From Escherichia coli (GTDB lineage: Bacteria > Pseudomonadota > Gammaproteobacteria > Enterobacterales > Enterobacteriaceae): a stretch of 64,000 nt of DNA. Where the stretch lies: assembly GCF_013122565.1 (NCBI RefSeq), contig NZ_CP053258.1, one strand, 5' to 3'. This document shows positions 31,751 to 42,758 of this stretch, piece by piece; positions within the stretch are counted from its first letter, which is position 1; each line of letters opens with the position of its first letter. The position numbers were made by a program, and so were the translations under genes. The notes beneath the pieces are model-generated. The model did not search any database. It saw nothing but the letters and a program-made list of their open reading frames with translations, and was not told the origin of the DNA.

Positions 31751-32981
31751 TGAATCGATTTATCAGCAATATATGTACAGTTACCCGCATAAGACCGCTT
31801 ATCGGGAATTAAACAATATTGCTTTTGCAGATGTGAAGTCGCGTATTTACGAGCATAAAACACATCTCTATATTCATATGCCTTTTTGCCAGAGCCGCTG
31901 CGGGTTTTGTAATCTTTTTACCTGCACGGGCGCAGACAATGCCTTTATCGACAACTACATAGAGGCGATTATCGTCCAGGCCCAGCAAATGCAACTTGCG
32001 CCTGTAGACTGGGCCAGTTTTACCATTGGCGGCGGTACGCCACTGCTGCTTAATGTCGGGCAACTGTCGCGATTGTTTCGCGGGGTGTTTGACGAATTAC
32101 AGGTCGATGCGCAGATTTTTAAGGCCATTGAAACATCGCCTTCCGATACCTCTGCCGAAAAAGTCGCGTTGTTGCGCCAGCTTGCGGTAAACCGTGTCAG
32201 TATTGGTGTTCAGAGTTTTAACGATCTGGAACTTGCCACATTACACCGCCGCCATAGCACTAAAAATGCCCATCGGGCGCTGGAGCTACTGCGCACGGGT
32301 AATTTCCCGATACTCAATATTGATATTATTTACGGTATTCCCGGTCAAACAGCCGCAAGTTTATTGGCGTCGCTTAATCAGGCATTAGATTATCAACCTG
32401 ACGAACTGTTTCTGTACCCACTGTATAACATGCCTCGCCAGCCGGATATGTATAGCCTCTATATTGAAGCCCGCGATCGCTTATTGCATGAAGGTTATAC
32501 GCAAACGTCAATGCGCCGTTTTGTGCGGGTGAATAATGATTCGGCGGTTGAAAGTTGTGGCTTTGAAAATTCGCTGGCGCTTGGCGCGGGCGGGCGCAGT
32601 TACCTGGGCAATTTACATTACTGCACGCCGTGGTCGCAAAACCAGCCTGCATCGCGACAAATTGTCGCGGATTTTATCGCCCGACAAGATAAAACCCTTA
32701 TTAACCACGGCTATGTGCTTTCACAAGCAGAAATGAAGCGGCGTTTTGTTATCAAGAATCTCTTTTTCTATAAAGGGCTTTCGTTACGTGATTATCAGCG
32801 CCAGTTCTCCTCTGAGGTATTAAGCGATTTTCCCCTGCTGGGCGATTTTATCAAACAAGATTATTGCCACCAGCAGGATAATCGCATTCTGCTCACCGCG
32901 CAGGGTTTGGCGCTTTCGGACCAGCTTGGCCCGCTGTTTATTTCCCCGGAAGTTCGCAGGCTGGAGACGCATAAACGATGA
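31743..32981 (+). CDS. HemN-family radical SAM protein (paralog of coproporphyrinogen oxidase; HemW / class C methyltransferase-like)
   Basis: LYIHMPFCQSRCGFCNLF (CX3CX2C) and FTIGGGTPLL, parallel to LYVHIPFCHKLCYFCGC / LHWGGGTPTYL in the canonical hemN of this window. Confidence 0.7.
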   Translation: MNNESIYQQYMYSYPHKTAYRELNNIAFADVKSRIYEHKTHLYIHMPFCQSRCGFCNLFTCTGADNAFIDNYIEAIIVQAQQMQLAPVDWASFTIGGGTPLLLNVGQLSRLFRGVFDELQVDAQIFKAIETSPSDTSAEKVALLRQLAVNRVSIGVQSFNDLELATLHRRHSTKNAHRALELLRTGNFPILNIDIIYGIPGQTAASLLASLNQALDYQPDELFLYPLYNMPRQPDMYSLYIEARDRLLHEGYTQTSMRRFVRVNNDSAVESCGFENSLALGAGGRSYLGNLHYCTPWSQNQPASRQIVADFIARQDKTLINHGYVLSQAEMKRRFVIKNLFFYKGLSLRDYQRQFSSEVLSDFPLLGDFIKQDYCHQQDNRILLTAQGLALSDQLGPLFISPEVRRLETHKR

Positions 32982-33832
32982 CGCTCAAGCAGATCCAGAC
33001 GCTGATTTATCGCGGCGAGATAAAGTCGTGTAATTATCGCTGTGGCTATTGTCCGTTTCATAAACAAGACCGCAATGATAAGCAGCAGGATGAAGCGGCA
33101 TTATGGCGCATGGTTGAGCATTTACCGGCGCTGGGTTCACCGTTAAATGTGTTGATTACACCCTACGGCGAAGCATTGCGTTATCGGTATTATATGGCGG
33201 CGATGGCGGAAATAAGCCGTTATTCCCATGTCCAGGCGGTGGGTATTCAGACCAACGCCTCGTTTAATTTATCCTCGTTGATAGCGACTTTTCAGCACTC
33301 TCAGGGCGATTTAGCAAAGCTGCGGCTGTGGTGTTCATTTCATCCTTCCCAGGTCAGTAAAGAAGTTTTCCTTAAACAGATACTGGCAATTAAGGACGCG
33401 GGGATTAATTGTTCTGTGGGGGCCGTCGCCAACGTAACCGACTACGACACATTCCAGTGGTTACGCGCGCATCTTCCTTCCGATATCTATTTCTGGCTAA
33501 ACGCCAATGAGCGCGATAAAAGGCCCACCAGCGACGAAAGAAATAGCCAGTTTCAGTTGCTGGACCCGCTTTATCCTTTGGAAACCAGCCTCTGGCCTGC
33601 CAATGTTGCGTTTTGTCTCGGCGGCAAAAAGAGCGTGTTTATGAATGCCGAAGGCGATCTCTTCGCCTGTAATATCAGCAAAATTAAAATCGGCAATTTA
33701 TATCAGCAGCAACTTTCATCTCCAGCCTGTATGGCCAGGCACTGCCACTGTTATCTGGCTTATCATCTGCGTCAGGATATCCCGGCCCTCTCACAATTTG
33801 ATGCTGAACGCTGTTTTCGGATCTTCCCTTAA
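32978..33832 (+). CDS. Radical SAM protein with C-terminal Cys-rich (SPASM/twitch-like) region
   Basis: N-terminal SCNYRCGYCPF (CX3CX2C); C-terminal FACN...PACMARHCHC cluster; ATGA overlap with upstream ORF. Confidence 0.55.
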   Translation: MTLKQIQTLIYRGEIKSCNYRCGYCPFHKQDRNDKQQDEAALWRMVEHLPALGSPLNVLITPYGEALRYRYYMAAMAEISRYSHVQAVGIQTNASFNLSSLIATFQHSQGDLAKLRLWCSFHPSQVSKEVFLKQILAIKDAGINCSVGAVANVTDYDTFQWLRAHLPSDIYFWLNANERDKRPTSDERNSQFQLLDPLYPLETSLWPANVAFCLGGKKSVFMNAEGDLFACNISKIKIGNLYQQQLSSPACMARHCHCYLAYHLRQDIPALSQFDAERCFRIFP

Positions 33833-34530
33833 TGATCTGCCGGTTAATCGCGCTCGATTTAGATGGCACATTGCTGAACAGCAAGAAGATGATTTCCCCT
33901 GCGTCGGTTTCGGCACTGCAAAGCGCACAACAGGCAGGCGTGAAGATTATTCTCGCCACCGGGCGTTCGCACAGCGAAGCCCTGCCTTATTACCAGCAAT
34001 TGCAGTTAACCGGGCCGATGATTTGCTGTAACGGCAGCTATCTTTATCATCCGTATCAGCGGCAAATAGTGAATCCGCAACCGCTTAATATTCAGCAGGT
34101 GGAGAAACTGCGAGCATGGTTTTCACTACACTCACTCCAGCCAATTTTGTATACCCACGATGAGTTAACTTTGCAGATAAGCCTGGTACATCGCAAGGCT
34201 TCGTTATTGCGCCAGGCTGAGGAATTTGCCCGGCAAGAATTATCGCTGGCCTGTAGCTGGTCCTGGCATCATCAACTGGATATTACACAGGCGGGGTGTG
34301 AGAAAGGCAAAAGTCTGGCCTGGTATGCACAGCAGCAAAATATCGCTCTGGATGAAATCATCGCCTTTGGCGATAACGATAATGATGCGGGGATGTTGCA
34401 GATGGTAGGGAAAGGTATTGCGATGGGCAATGGTAGCTTTCTGGCAAAAGCCAGCTCTAACTGCGTTATCGGTCACAACAACACTGACGCGATTGCGGAT
34501 TTTCTTTATGCGCAGGGGGTCAGTTCATGA
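33832..34530 (+). CDS. HAD-superfamily (Cof-like) phosphatase
   Basis: Motif I IALDLDGTLLNS; C-terminal FGDNDNDAGM; start overlaps upstream stop by 1 nt. Confidence 0.7.
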   Translation: MICRLIALDLDGTLLNSKKMISPASVSALQSAQQAGVKIILATGRSHSEALPYYQQLQLTGPMICCNGSYLYHPYQRQIVNPQPLNIQQVEKLRAWFSLHSLQPILYTHDELTLQISLVHRKASLLRQAEEFARQELSLACSWSWHHQLDITQAGCEKGKSLAWYAQQQNIALDEIIAFGDNDNDAGMLQMVGKGIAMGNGSFLAKASSNCVIGHNNTDAIADFLYAQGVSS

Positions 34531-34602
34531 CGCATCTTATCAGGTCTACAAAAGCAAAAAACCTGCCATCGCTGGCAGGTTTTTTATGACTAAAAAACGA
34601 AA

Positions 34603-36426
34603 TTAATCGTCTTTCGGTGCGCGGTTAGCGCGACGACGATCGTTTTCCGTCAGGTGACGTTTACGAATACGGATAGAGGTCGGAGTCACTTCTACCAGTT
34701 CGTCATCATCGATGAACTCCAGAGCTTGTTCCAGAGTCATGCGGATAGGCGGAACCAGAACAACGGCTTCGTCAGTACCGGAAGCACGCATGTTGGTCAG
34801 TTTCTTACCGGTCAGGCAGTTTACAGTCAGGTCGTTAGAGCGGCTATGAATACCGATAATCTGACCTTCGTAAACTTCTGCACCGTGACCGAGGAACAGC
34901 TTACCGCGATCCTGCAGACCGAACAGCGCGAACGCGACCGCTTTACCCTGACCGTTAGAGATCAGTACGCCGTTCTGACGCTGACCCACTTCACCCGGAC
35001 GTACGTCGTCGTAGTGGCTGAAGGTGGAGTACAGCAGACCAGTACCGGAAGTCATGGTCATGAACTCAGAACGGAAGCCAATCAGACCACGGCTTGGGAT
35101 CACGTAGTCGAGACGTACGCGGCCTTTACCGTCTGGATTCATGTTTTTCAGGTCGCCTTTACGTTCGCCCAGCGCCTGCATTACAGAACCCTGATGCTGT
35201 TCTTCAACGTCCAGAGTCACGTTTTCATACGGCTCTTGTTTACGACCGTCGATTTCACGGAAGATAACTTTCGGACGGGATACCGCCAGTTCGAAACCTT
35301 CACGACGCATGTTTTCGATCAGAACAGACAGGTGCAGTTCGCCACGACCAGAAACGCGGAACGCATCGGCGTCTTCGGTTTCTTCTACGCGCAGCGCAAC
35401 GTTGTGTACCAGTTCTTTGTTCAGACGATCCAGGATCTGACGAGACGTTACGAACTTACCTTCTTTACCGCAGAACGGCGAGGTGTTAACGCAGAAGAAC
35501 ATAGAAACGGTCGGCTCATCAACGGAGAGTGCCGGCAGCGCTTCAACGTTTTGCGTGTCGCAAACGGTGTCAGAAATGTTCAGTTCGCCCAGGCCCGTGA
35601 TCGCCACGATATCGCCAGCTTCCGCCAGGTCGGTTTCGATACGTTCCAGACCGAGGTGGCCCAGCACTTTACCGACTTTCGCGTTACGGGTTTTGCCTTC
35701 GCTATCGATGATAGTGACCTGCTGGTTCGGCTTCACTTTACCGCGCTTGATGCGGCCAATGCCGATAACGCCAACATAGCTGTTGTAATCGAGCTGAGAA
35801 ATCTGCATCTGGAACGGACCGTCAAGGTCAACGTCCGGCGCAGGAACGTGATCAACAATCGCCTGATACAGCGGGGTCATGTCTTCAGCCATATCTTCGT
35901 GGTCCAGACCCGCGATACCGTTCAGCGCAGAAGCGTAAACGATCGGGAAGTCCAGCTGCTCGTCGGTCGCGTCGAGGTTAACGAACAGGTCGAATACCTG
36001 ATCCACAACCCAGTCAGGACGCGCGCCAGGGCGGTCAACTTTGTTGATAACAACAATCGGCTTCAGGCCGTAAGCAAACGCTTTTTTGGTTACGAAGCGC
36101 GTTTGCGGCATCGGGCCGTCAAATGCGTCAACCACCAGCAGCACTGAGTCTACCATGGACATTACACGTTCAACTTCACCACCGAAGTCGGCGTGCCCCG
36201 GGGTATCAACGATGTTGATACGGTAATCATTCCATTTGATAGCGGTGTTTTTCGCGAGGATGGTAATCCCACGCTCTTTCTCCAAATCGTTGGAGTCCAT
36301 CACGCGCTCTTGGGTTTCGGCACGAGAGTCGAACGTACCGGATTGTTGGAGCAGCTTGTCTACCAGGGTGGTTTTACCATGGTCTACGTGCGCGATGATG
36401 GCGATATTACGCAATTTTTCGATCAC
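34603..36426 (-). CDS. typA: Ribosome-dependent translational GTPase BipA/TypA
   Basis: 607 aa; G1 [12 protein letters not shown]-like architecture. Confidence 0.9.
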   Translation of the reverse strand: MIEKLRNIAIIAHVDHGKTTLVDKLLQQSGTFDSRAETQERVMDSNDLEKERGITILAKNTAIKWNDYRINIVDTPGHADFGGEVERVMSMVDSVLLVVDAFDGPMPQTRFVTKKAFAYGLKPIVVINKVDRPGARPDWVVDQVFDLFVNLDATDEQLDFPIVYASALNGIAGLDHEDMAEDMTPLYQAIVDHVPAPDVDLDGPFQMQISQLDYNSYVGVIGIGRIKRGKVKPNQQVTIIDSEGKTRNAKVGKVLGHLGLERIETDLAEAGDIVAITGLGELNISDTVCDTQNVEALPALSVDEPTVSMFFCVNTSPFCGKEGKFVTSRQILDRLNKELVHNVALRVEETEDADAFRVSGRGELHLSVLIENMRREGFELAVSRPKVIFREIDGRKQEPYENVTLDVEEQHQGSVMQALGERKGDLKNMNPDGKGRVRLDYVIPSRGLIGFRSEFMTMTSGTGLLYSTFSHYDDVRPGEVGQRQNGVLISNGQGKAVAFALFGLQDRGKLFLGHGAEVYEGQIIGIHSRSNDLTVNCLTGKKLTNMRASGTDEAVVLVPPIRMTLEQALEFIDDDELVEVTPTSIRIRKRHLTENDRRRANRAPKDD

Positions 36427-36577
36427 AACTTTGCCTCAGGCATTAGAAATAGCGCGTTATTGTACACGGATTAATCGCACTACAAAACAGGATCACAAAC
36501 ATCCTCCGCAAACAAGTATTGCAGAGTCCCTTTGTGATCGCTTTCACGGAGCATAAAAAGGGTTATCCAAAGGTCAT

Positions 36578-36645
36578 TGCACCAATATGGTGCTTAATGT
36601 TTCCATTGAAGCACTATATTGGTGCAACATTCACATCATGGTGCA
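36578..36645 (+). promoter_or_regulatory. NtrC (NRI) enhancer sites upstream of glnA
   Basis: Dyad sites tgcaccaatatggtgct, gcactatattggtgca and tcacatcatggtgca (TGCACC-N-GGTGCA type). Confidence 0.75.
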
Positions 36646-36698
36646 GCCCTTTTGCACGATGTTAAGCATGATAACGCCTTTTAGGGGCAATTTAAAAG

Positions 36699-36715
36699 TT
36701 GGCACAGTTTTCGCT
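36699..36715 (+). promoter_or_regulatory. Sigma-54 promoter glnAp2
   Basis: ttGGcacagttttcGCt with GG/GC spacing typical of -24/-12 promoters, about 85 bp upstream of the glnA ATG. Confidence 0.8.
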
Positions 36716-36798
36716 TTATCTTTTTTACGGCGACACGGCCAAAATAATTGCAGATTTCGTTACCACGACGACAATGACCAATCCAGGAGAGTTAAAGT

Positions 36799-38208
36799 AT
36801 GTCCGCTGAACACGTACTGACGATGCTGAACGAGCACGAAGTGAAGTTTGTTGATTTGCGCTTCACCGATACCAAAGGTAAAGAACAGCACGTCACTATC
36901 CCTGCTCATCAGGTGAATGCTGAATTCTTCGAAGAAGGCAAAATGTTTGACGGCTCCTCGATTGGCGGCTGGAAAGGCATTAACGAATCCGACATGGTGC
37001 TGATGCCAGACGCATCCACCGCAGTGATTGACCCGTTCTTCGCCGACTCTACCCTGATTATCCGTTGCGACATCCTTGAACCTGGCACCCTGCAAGGCTA
37101 TGACCGTGACCCGCGCTCTATTGCGAAGCGCGCCGAAGATTACCTGCGTTCCACTGGCATTGCCGACACCGTACTGTTCGGGCCAGAACCTGAATTCTTC
37201 CTGTTCGATGACATCCGTTTCGGATCATCTATCTCCGGTTCTCACGTTGCTATCGACGATATCGAAGGCGCATGGAACTCCTCCACCCAATATGAAGGTG
37301 GTAACAAAGGTCACCGTCCGGCAGTGAAAGGCGGTTACTTCCCGGTGCCACCTGTAGACTCTGCTCAGGATATTCGTTCTGAAATGTGTCTGGTGATGGA
37401 ACAGATGGGTCTGGTGGTTGAAGCCCATCACCACGAAGTAGCGACTGCTGGTCAGAACGAAGTGGCTACCCGCTTCAATACCATGACCAAAAAAGCTGAC
37501 GAAATTCAGATCTACAAATATGTTGTGCACAACGTGGCGCACCGCTTCGGTAAAACCGCGACCTTTATGCCAAAACCGATGTTCGGTGATAACGGCTCCG
37601 GTATGCACTGCCACATGTCGCTGTCTAAAAACGGCGTTAACCTGTTCGCGGGTGACAAATATGCAGGTCTGTCTGAGCAGGCGCTGTACTACATTGGCGG
37701 CGTAATCAAACACGCTAAAGCGATTAACGCCCTGGCAAACCCGACCACCAACTCTTACAAGCGTCTGGTCCCGGGCTACGAAGCACCGGTAATGCTGGCT
37801 TACTCTGCGCGTAACCGTTCTGCGTCTATCCGTATTCCGGTGGTTTCTTCTCCGAAAGCACGTCGTATCGAAGTACGTTTCCCGGATCCGGCGGCTAACC
37901 CGTACCTGTGCTTTGCTGCCCTGCTGATGGCCGGTCTTGATGGTATCAAGAACAAGATCCATCCGGGCGAAGCCATGGACAAAAACCTGTATGACCTGCC
38001 GCCAGAAGAAGCGAAAGAGATCCCACAAGTTGCAGGCTCTCTGGAAGAAGCACTGAACGAGCTGGATCTGGACCGCGAGTTCCTGAAAGCCGGTGGCGTG
38101 TTCACGGATGAAGCGATCGATGCGTACATCGCTCTGCGTCGCGAAGAAGATGACCGCGTGCGTATGACTCCGCATCCGGTAGAGTTTGAGCTGTACTACA
38201 GCGTCTAA
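36799..38208 (+). CDS. glnA: Glutamine synthetase
   Basis: 469 aa; [25 protein letters not shown]-terminus; adenylylation-region NLYDLP. Confidence 0.95.
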
Positions 38209-38404
38209 GTGTTTTAGTTGCCGTGGAAACTTTTCGCCTGTCTCTGGCAGGCCTGGGATCGGTGGCAAGCACATTACGCCGGATGCGACGCAAATGCGTC
38301 TTATCCGGCCTACACGGTGATGATGTGGTAGGCCGGAGCAGGTGAGTCGCTCTCCAACGTGAAGTTTGTCAGCTATCTGTAGCCCATCTCTGCATGGGCT
38401 TTTT
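38209..38404 (+). ncRNA. glnA 3' UTR with REP units and intrinsic terminator (candidate GlnZ-type 3'UTR sRNA)
   Basis: REP motifs gccggatgcgacgcaaatgcgtcttatccggcctac then hairpin gcccatctctgcatgggc plus T-run (38381-38404); sRNA status is inferred from recalled literature on glnA 3'UTR sRNAs. Confidence 0.4.
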
Positions 38405-38493
38405 TCTCCGTCAATTCTCTGATGCTTCGCGCTTTTTATCCGTAAAAAGCTATAATGCACTAAAATGGTGCAACCTGTTCAGGAGACTGCTTT

Positions 38494-39543
38494 ATGGCAA
38501 CAGGCACGCAGCCCGATGCTGGGCAGATCCTCAACTCGCTGATTAACAGTATTTTGTTAATCGATGACAACCTGGCGATCCATTACGCCAACCCCGCCGC
38601 GCAACAACTGCTCGCCCAAAGCTCCCGCAAATTGTTTGGTACACCGTTACCGGAACTGTTGAGCTACTTCTCATTAAATATCGAGCTGATGCAAGAAAGT
38701 CTGGAGGCGGGGCAAGGTTTTACCGATAACGAAGTGACGCTGGTCATCGACGGGCGCTCGCATATCCTTTCTGTGACGGCCCAGCGTATGCCGGACGGCA
38801 TGATCCTGCTGGAGATGGCGCCGATGGATAACCAGCGCCGCTTAAGCCAGGAACAGCTACAACATGCTCAACAAGTTGCTGCCCGTGATTTAGTGCGTGG
38901 CCTGGCACATGAGATTAAAAATCCGCTTGGCGGTTTACGTGGCGCGGCGCAGCTTCTCAGCAAAGCATTACCTGACCCTTCACTGCTGGAATATACCAAA
39001 GTGATTATCGAACAGGCGGACCGGCTGCGAAATCTGGTCGACCGTCTGTTGGGGCCGCAACTACCCGGTACGCGCGTTACCGAAAGTATTCACAAAGTGG
39101 CTGAACGCGTGGTGACGCTGGTGTCGATGGAACTGCCGGACAACGTGCGGTTGATTCGTGATTACGACCCCAGCCTGCCGGAACTGGCGCACGACCCGGA
39201 TCAAATTGAACAGGTCTTGCTGAATATTGTGCGCAATGCGCTACAGGCGCTGGGGCCTGAAGGCGGTGAAATCATTCTGCGGACCCGCACCGCGTTTCAA
39301 CTGACCTTACACGGCGAGCGCTATCGGCTGGCGGCGCGGATTGATGTGGAAGACAACGGGCCGGGCATTCCGCCTCATTTGCAGGATACGCTGTTTTACC
39401 CGATGGTCAGCGGCCGCGAAGGTGGCACCGGGCTTGGCTTATCCATCGCCCGTAATTTGATTGATCAGCATTCAGGCAAAATTGAATTTACCAGTTGGCC
39501 AGGTCATACCGAGTTCTCGGTTTACCTGCCTATCAGGAAATAA
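38494..39543 (+). CDS. glnL: Nitrogen regulation sensor kinase NtrB
   Basis: 349 aa; H-box [14 protein letters not shown]-binding DNGPGI/GTGLGL. Confidence 0.9.
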
Positions 39544-39554
39544 AGGTGACGTTT

Positions 39555-40964
39555 ATGCAACGAGGGATAGTCTGGGTAGTCGATGACGATAGTTCCATCC
39601 GTTGGGTGCTTGAACGTGCGCTCGCTGGAGCGGGTTTAACCTGTACGACATTTGAGAACGGCGCGGAGGTACTGGAGGCGCTGGCGAGCAAAACGCCGGA
39701 TGTGCTGCTTTCAGATATCCGTATGCCGGGAATGGACGGGCTGGCACTGCTCAAGCAGATTAAACAGCGCCATCCGATGCTTCCGGTCATCATTATGACC
39801 GCACATTCCGATCTGGATGCTGCCGTCAGCGCCTATCAACAAGGGGCGTTTGATTATCTGCCCAAACCGTTTGATATCGACGAAGCCGTGGCGCTGGTTG
39901 AGCGCGCCATCAGTCATTACCAGGAACAGCAGCAGCCGCGTAATGTTCAGCTTAATGGCCCAACGACCGATATCATCGGCGAAGCGCCAGCCATGCAGGA
40001 CGTGTTCCGTATTATCGGTCGGCTTTCGCGTTCTTCTATTAGCGTGCTGATTAACGGCGAATCCGGCACCGGTAAAGAACTGGTCGCTCATGCCCTGCAT
40101 CGCCACAGTCCGCGAGCCAAAGCGCCGTTTATCGCGCTGAATATGGCGGCTATCCCGAAAGATTTGATCGAATCAGAACTGTTTGGTCACGAGAAAGGCG
40201 CATTTACCGGCGCGAATACCATTCGTCAGGGGCGTTTTGAACAGGCTGATGGCGGTACATTATTTCTCGATGAAATTGGCGATATGCCGCTGGATGTGCA
40301 GACGCGTTTGCTGCGCGTGCTGGCAGACGGTCAGTTTTACCGCGTTGGCGGCTATGCGCCGGTGAAAGTGGATGTGCGGATTATCGCTGCCACTCACCAG
40401 AATCTCGAACAGCGGGTGCAGGAAGGTAAGTTCCGTGAGGATCTGTTCCACCGCCTGAACGTTATCCGCGTTCATCTGCCGCCGCTGCGCGAACGTCGGG
40501 AAGATATTCCCCGTCTGGCGCGCCATTTTTTACAGGTTGCCGCGCGCGAACTGGGCGTAGAAGCGAAGTTGCTGCATCCGGAAACCGAAGCTGCTCTGAC
40601 GCGTCTGGCGTGGCCAGGCAACGTGCGCCAGCTGGAAAACACCTGCCGCTGGCTAACAGTGATGGCCGCCGGGCAGGAAGTGTTGATTCAGGATTTGCCC
40701 GGCGAACTGTTTGAATCAACGGTTGCGGAGAGTACTTCGCAAATGCAACCGGACAGTTGGGCGACACTTTTAGCGCAGTGGGCAGACAGAGCGCTGCGTT
40801 CCGGTCATCAAAACCTGCTTTCCGAAGCGCAGCCTGAGCTGGAGCGGACATTATTGACGACCGCGTTGCGACATACACAGGGGCATAAACAGGAAGCGGC
40901 GCGGCTACTCGGCTGGGGCCGCAACACCCTGACGCGTAAGTTAAAAGAGCTAGGGATGGAGTGA
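39555..40964 (+). CDS. glnG: Nitrogen regulation response regulator NtrC (sigma-54 activator)
   Basis: Start [12 protein letters not shown] (receiver domain); AAA+ GESGTGKE; 469 aa; track ORF begins upstream in-frame. Confidence 0.9.
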   Translation: MQRGIVWVVDDDSSIRWVLERALAGAGLTCTTFENGAEVLEALASKTPDVLLSDIRMPGMDGLALLKQIKQRHPMLPVIIMTAHSDLDAAVSAYQQGAFDYLPKPFDIDEAVALVERAISHYQEQQQPRNVQLNGPTTDIIGEAPAMQDVFRIIGRLSRSSISVLINGESGTGKELVAHALHRHSPRAKAPFIALNMAAIPKDLIESELFGHEKGAFTGANTIRQGRFEQADGGTLFLDEIGDMPLDVQTRLLRVLADGQFYRVGGYAPVKVDVRIIAATHQNLEQRVQEGKFREDLFHRLNVIRVHLPPLRERREDIPRLARHFLQVAARELGVEAKLLHPETEAALTRLAWPGNVRQLENTCRWLTVMAAGQEVLIQDLPGELFESTVAESTSQMQPDSWATLLAQWADRALRSGHQNLLSEAQPELERTLLTTALRHTQGHKQEAARLLGWGRNTLTRKLKELGME

Positions 40965-41074
40965 TTCAGGCTTGTGTGTAAAGATTGATTATTGAGCGCA
41001 AATTGCTGGTATTTTGCGCTTTACTGTTCCGATAAGTTCAGTATGATCTTGCCCGGAAAACGGGGAGAGTCATT

Positions 41075-41185
41075 ATGCTGGAATCAATAATTAATCTGGT
41101 ATCGAGTGGCGCAGTTGACAGCCACACACCGCAAACTGCTGTTGCTGCCGTGCTGTGTGCCGCGATGATTGGGCTGTTTAGTTGA
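41075..41185 (+). CDS. yshB: Small protein YshB (36 aa)
   Basis: ATG 41075 to TGA 41185 encodes MLESIINLVSSGAVDSHTPQTAVAAVLCAAMIGLFS; position between glnG and hemN as I recall for K-12 yshB. Confidence 0.55.
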   Translation: MLESIINLVSSGAVDSHTPQTAVAAVLCAAMIGLFS

Positions 41186-41199
41186 AGCTCGTTGTTTAT

Positions 41200-41300
<101 letters not shown>

Positions 41301-41384
41301 ACAAAAGCAATAATTTCAACAGGTTTTGTTGACCAGCGCATCAGGCAACCTTGTTCTCAGCACATTGATAGCGCCATTCACTAT

Positions 41385-42758
41385 TTAAATCACCCGAGAG
41401 AACTGCTGCATCCGCGCTTTCTGGCGCAGATAGGTATCAAAGCACATGCAAATGTTGCGGATCAGCAAGCGACCTTTCGCCGTCACCTGTATTCCCTTCT
41501 CATCCACATCCACCAGCCCATCTTTTGCTAATGGGGCGAGCAGCTTGAGATCTTCCGCAAAGTAATCAGCGAAGTGCAAATCCCACTGTTTCTCAATAGG
41601 GGCGTAATCCAGACGGAAGTTGCAGATGAGCGACTTAATCACATCGCGGCGAATACAGTCATCACGCGTTAGCGCAATACCACGCCACAGCGCGTTGCCT
41701 TGTTCATCCACTTGCTGATAGTACTGCTTCAACTCTTTCTGGTTCTGCGCGTAGCAGTCGCCAATCATGCTGATGGCGGAAACGCCCATCCCCAGCAGAT
41801 CGGTATCGCCCTGAGTGGTGTAGCCCTGGAAGTTACGATGCAGCACGCCTTCACGCTGGGCCACCGCCAGCTCGTCATCCGGACGGGCAAAGTGATCCAT
41901 ACCGATAAACTGATAGCCCGATTGCGTCAGGAAGGCGATGGTTTCCTGCAGGATATCGAGTTTTTGCTGCGGACTCGGCAGGTCAGCATCTTTGATTTTG
42001 CGCTGAGCAGCAAAAATGGTCGGCAGATGCGCATAGTTAAAGACGCTCAGACGGTCAGGGTTTAGCTCCGCCACGCGTTTCAGGGTAAAGGCGAAACTTT
42101 CCGGCGTCTGTTTCGGCAGGCCGTAAATCAGGTCGATGTTGGTGGAGGTAAAGCCAATCTCACGCGCATGGTTAAGCAGCGCAAAGATAAACTCTTCATC
42201 CTGCTCGCGGTTAACCAGACGTTGCACTTCTTTGTTGAAGTCCTGCACGCCCATACTCAGGCGATTAAAGCCCTCGGCGCGTAAATGATCGAGTACATCC
42301 AGTTCGATTTCCCGCGGATCGACTTCGATCGAAATCTCCGCATCGGCATTGAACTGGAAGTTTTCGCGCAGCAGCTTCATCAGGCGGCTGATTTGCGCTT
42401 TATTAAGATACGTCGGCGTTCCGCCGCCCCAGTGCAGCTGGCTGACGTGACGCCCGGCGAACAGCGGTGCACGATGGACGATTTCTTGCTCCAGCGCGTC
42501 CAGATACTGATCGGCCTTGTGCTGCTGGCGAGTAACAATCTTATTACAACCGCAGAAGTAACAAAGCTTATGGCAGAACGGGATATGTACGTAGAGAGAT
42601 AATGGACGCTCAGGATAGCGCGCCACGGCTTGTAAAAACGCCTGTTCGCCGAAGTCTTCTGAAAACTCCAGCGCGGTCGGGTACGAGGTGTATCGTGGCC
42701 CGGAATAGTTATATTTCTGGATCAGGGCCAGATCCCAGTCGATTTGCTGTACAGACAT
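41385..42758 (-). CDS. hemN: Oxygen-independent coproporphyrinogen III oxidase
   Basis: Radical SAM CHKLCYFCGC and GGGTP motifs; 457 aa from MSVQQIDWD. Confidence 0.9.
   Translation of the reverse strand: MSVQQIDWDLALIQKYNYSGPRYTSYPTALEFSEDFGEQAFLQAVARYPERPLSLYVHIPFCHKLCYFCGCNKIVTRQQHKADQYLDALEQEIVHRAPLFAGRHVSQLHWGGGTPTYLNKAQISRLMKLLRENFQFNADAEISIEVDPREIELDVLDHLRAEGFNRLSMGVQDFNKEVQRLVNREQDEEFIFALLNHAREIGFTSTNIDLIYGLPKQTPESFAFTLKRVAELNPDRLSVFNYAHLPTIFAAQRKIKDADLPSPQQKLDILQETIAFLTQSGYQFIGMDHFARPDDELAVAQREGVLHRNFQGYTTQGDTDLLGMGVSAISMIGDCYAQNQKELKQYYQQVDEQGNALWRGIALTRDDCIRRDVIKSLICNFRLDYAPIEKQWDLHFADYFAEDLKLLAPLAKDGLVDVDEKGIQVTAKGRLLIRNICMCFDTYLRQKARMQQFSRVI

Noticed and set aside
28860-34600. 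RiPP-style precursor peptide gene for the radical SAM/ATP-grasp operon
   Set aside because: I looked for a short ORF with RBS upstream of gene 1 or downstream of gene 6 and found none; a peptide substrate therefore remains unsupported and the operon is described without one.
34654-36147. 497-aa plus-strand ORF antisense to typA
   Set aside because: Completely overlaps the GTPase gene on the opposite strand with a low-complexity Arg/Val/Phe-rich translation; not a gene.
37225-38460. 411-aa minus-strand ORF antisense to glnA
   Set aside because: Embedded antisense to glutamine synthetase; no independent support.
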